Part shown: positions 36,534 through 39,922 of the stretch, one piece after another
How positions within the stretch are numbered: position 1 is the stretch's first letter
Layout of the letters: each line of letters opens with the position of its first letter
Made by a program: the position numbers and the translations under genes
Notes under the pieces: generated by a model
Seen by the model: the letters and a program-made list of their open reading frames with translations, nothing else
The model's database searches: none
What the model was told of the DNA's origin: nothing
Assembly: GCA_000934665.2 (NCBI GenBank)
Contig: KZ538923.1
Location: 1-39,922, forward strand
From: Catajapyx aquilonaris
Lineage: Eukaryota
Reading direction: 5' to 3'
Length of the DNA: 39,922 bases

Positions 36534-38366
36534 TAGTTACATTTATGTGTGACCACTTTAAAATAGCCAATGCGCACCAGTGTCCGTAGTCCGTGTTCAT
36601 ACAGTAAGATAGGGTACTCCACTTCTCTTGTACACTGTGCCATTTACTGAATGCGAAAACTTCTGCATTCAAAGTAGGAGGTCTCCTATTACTCTTTCAT
36701 TGCAGTACTCGCAGTCCTTGCTTCCATCACCATCGTGCACTGTATTCGCAATTTTCTTCCTCCACATCCTCCACACGTTCCACCAACGGCAGATGTTGTA
36801 ACCTTAGCATAGATTCGCATAGAATATTAAGTCCACCATCAAGGCTCATAATATGGTGCTTTGTGTGTGGATTCATTCGTTCAAATGGAAAATTTCCCCA
36901 TCGAAAGTTTCAACATCACACCTTCTGAACAGCTTAGGTCACCTTTTAGGTTGACGAGAGAATTAACTACAGTATTTCTACATCTGGTTATGGTTTAAAC
37001 ATGTTAAGGTTTAAAACAAAGTTGCATATTGTTTTATGATTATAGTAAAGTCAATCTTCTGATAGAGCAATTATTCTAACTTAAAAAATACTCATGAAAA
37101 ATGGCTCGAATAGTTCTACATTCAGATCTTCAAGTGTATGTTGACAGCAATGCTTCCATTATTTTGTACACACCCTGTGTGCAGTGAAATTATTCCGAAA
37201 TTGTTGTCGTGTGCTTGGAAAGGGAATGCTTTATTTAAGCAAAGTGCCAACCATTTTTCCCCCTAGAGGCCTACATCCGCGACAATACTGTCGACTTGGC
37301 AACCATTTGAAAGCGACTTCTAAGCTTCTTTCGCGTAACTTACGCACCAACTCCCCATGAAAGATCAAGGAGGTAGGAAACCCGACGAGGGAAAACGCTG
37401 GCCTTCTCATAATTTCCAAAGGCCCCTGTACTGTAAGTGAACTGAGGGAAGAAGGGCCAATTCTCTTGGCGATGACGCAAATCCGGGCAGATCCTGTTCC
37501 GGTTCTTACCGCCGAGCTTTGGAAACAGCAGCTGATTCAATAAAGCCAAAAGAGGATTGAGCTGGGCTGAGTAACTGATACACTAAGTTCTGGGGATAGA
37601 GGCTAGGATGGTGTTGAGGGAAAATTTACATGGTGTGCATCGGTTGTTGTTTATGAATTTAAGATGTTTCGTGGGCTTAAAGTATAGCATTCCGTCAGTG
37701 AGGCTTCGCTTAAAGGGTCCTTGAAAAGTTAACTAATGCGACGTATGATGCATGTTTCGTGCGCAAGTTGGGAGGATGGATGTGACGTGATACGCACTAG
37801 ACTGAAGAGGTCACTCTTTATTTGTTTCTGAGAGCCGCCAAATTATGTGGCGCAGATGGCTGCGGTGTCACGTGAGCTGAGTTACAATGCTTGTCTCAAT
37901 TACGTAACGTGTGGCGAACAAATAATCTGTCTATTTTTGTCAGATGTGTGCATCTCATATCTCAGTCAAAGTTGTCCAGAGCACAAGTGGGAAGGTAAAA
38001 CAGTGCAGAATTATGGTAGAGCTCATTTAAATTCTCTGTCGAATTATGAAAAATTAAATAAAACTACCATTAAGAAAAGCAGATTTTCAGTATGTGCAAT
38101 GCAGTTACATACACCTGATCAAACAGCATATATGCCACGAAACTACCAGGTATTACACCGTGGAATATCGAACCGCTTTAGTTTTAGGGCTAATGAACCA
38201 CATGGCGTGTGCCAATATACCCATCTAAGAAAGAGAAATAAACACGTAGACAGACACGACGATTTGGGAAAGAATGACCACGTCGATATTGTCTTACTAA
38301 CGCTTCAAAAAATTCAGGAGATATACCATATTTATTTATTGTAACAAATTTTTCTGATCTATAGGC

Positions 38367-39663
38367 CAGGGGTGCTCGAACTTTTGGATAGTCGTGGGCC
38401 TATTTAAAAATTTGGTACATGTCGCGGGGTACACAATAAGCAAGTCATATTGTATATCTCGTCTATGCTCGAATTAAGGTGCAACAAGAAGGGATTTGTT
38501 GAGTAAAAACACTTAGAACTAATTACTGCGTCTGAAGTTGAGATATCGCACTTAGCACTGACATGTTACTGTATACAGGAGCATATACTGAAGACGGTAA
38601 TTTCGTTATTATTTCAACTAAGCTAAACTTTGATTTTTAAATTTTCACTTAATGAGTTTTCTTGTAACTTCATCTGAAGTGCTTTGATGTGATTGAACAG
38701 GACATGAACTAATAAATTGAAGCTTTTTTTTTTTTTTGCAAAAACAACATATGCCAAAAGTAGTCGAAAATGCATTATGACCACGACATCACAGTTCCAA
38801 AGCTTGTGGTTTTAATGGTTCAATATCAATGCAAAAGGACAGTTGTCAAGGGAGAAAAGAAATATAATAAAAAATTCACCTTATGCAAGATCAGCAGAAT
38901 GATGACTGTCTTTCCGAACTAAATATTTATTGAAAGACGGTACTAATTATGCGATACGTGTGTAGTGTCTACCATGAGGGAGTAACCAGGGAGGGTGAGC
39001 ATGATTTTTGTCAATGTTTGTTTCATTACCTGTCATCACTGCACCTTCCTGCTAACTGCCAAACCCTTATACTCGTAAGTGACGTATGTCACTGACGGAT
39101 GAAATCAAAAGAGTAGTGCTGTGAAGATAGGTTGAATTCAATGAGTGCATTCTCTGATAATTAAAATCATGTTATTTAAAATGAAAAGTAGAACATTATG
39201 CATCATTATTCCATCTTTTACGTAAGAACAGCATATGTCAAAATCGGACTAGAATTTTTCCAACATTACTACCCCTTGCAGATTATTATTGGAACTTCAT
39301 GTCATGATATGTCACATCCGTGTGTACGAAAGACACTATTTTTAGATCTGTGAATATCCTCTTTTGAAGAGCATGAAATGTATTTTGTGTCTCCTAAAGC
39401 GTGACATTTTTTGACACGTTGTTTTTGCAAAAGAGGCTTCAATTGATCCTTTGAACGAAGCTTCAAATTCAAGACGTTTAAATGGGAAGAAATGTTGCAA
39501 TGAAGGTAAAGGAAGTCATCAACCACTTGAGATCATACGTCAACTCCGATTCTAATTTTCCGTTTGCTGTCATCAACTCGGATTATTTTATTTTGCCCCA
39601 TTACGTAATGTAATTTTTTGTGGGGAAGCTTGTGGCCCGCGGGCCATAGGTTGGGCATCCCTG
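38367..39663 (-). mobile_element. Internally deleted hAT (Charlie/Buster-like) DNA transposon
   Basis: Minus-strand 5' end CAGGGATGCCCAACCTATGGCCCGCGGGCC and 3' end AAAAGTTCGAGCACCCCTG. Transposase remnant inside on the same strand. TSD not cleanly preserved. Confidence 0.8.
39442..39573 (-). pseudogene. hAT transposase fragment (Buster/Charlie/SPIN, GTF2IRD2/EPM2AIP1-like)
   Basis: With one frameshift reads MTANGKLESELTYDLKWLM...CNISSHLNVLNLKLRSKDQL, matching the recalled family motif EL.D..WL.DLAFL.DI..HLN.LNLKLQGK.QL. Confidence 0.8.
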
Positions 39664-39922
39664 ATATTTCTAGGCTATGTCATAATTGTAGTTTGTAATA
39701 AATTAATAATTAATAAGATGCGGAGAGGTTAGTGTTATTGAGCAACCTAAACCTGACCATAGTCGTCCAGAGCCCTACATAGAGCATAGTTTCTTACCCG
39801 AAATACACGCTGAGTAAATAAATTAGAGGGGTATAGAATCAAAAGGTACCACGTAACAAAATTTCATAAATTGAGTTAAGGACGGCATCGCATAGTTGGA
39901 ATCAAGACGTACCACGTGGCAA

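Noticed and set aside
25835..37178. Unpaired CAGGGTG/CACCCTG Tc1-like ends (25835, 32840, 32854, 37171; also 5281 and 15781)
   Set aside because: Probably old mariner-type MITE ends, but partners and boundaries could not be assigned.
37847..38344. Longest ORF in the window (165 aa); similarly 4042-4527 (161 aa)
   Set aside because: Non-ATG starts, no recognisable domain, composition like surrounding non-coding DNA.

Overview
Eukaryotic, AT-rich, largely non-coding DNA (long intron or intergenic region) from an invertebrate animal, probably an arthropod (inference from the repeat types; CpG is not visibly depleted). I could not support any intact protein-coding gene. Apart from the transposase remnant, the listed ORFs look like chance ORFs or microsatellite translations. 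The window is a dense mosaic of small mobile elements. It holds six tRNA-headed SINE copies plus one headless relative; four have clean 11-16 bp target-site duplications (TSDs). It also holds hAT-type and Tc1/mariner(pogo)-type MITEs, several long palindromic/foldback elements, and an internally deleted Charlie/Buster-type hAT element with a recognisable transposase remnant. The most notable observation is SINE modularity. Three SINE families with different bodies share one 3' tail whose hairpin is conserved in structure but not in sequence, and two related SINEs carry different tails. Also notable are a MITE inserted exactly at the axis of a pre-existing palindrome (17171-17396) and a tight CRE/RFX/Sp-KLF/E2F/CCAAT motif cluster (12123-12305). 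I found no evidence for a new protein-based system. All family assignments come from reading the sequence, not from database searches.
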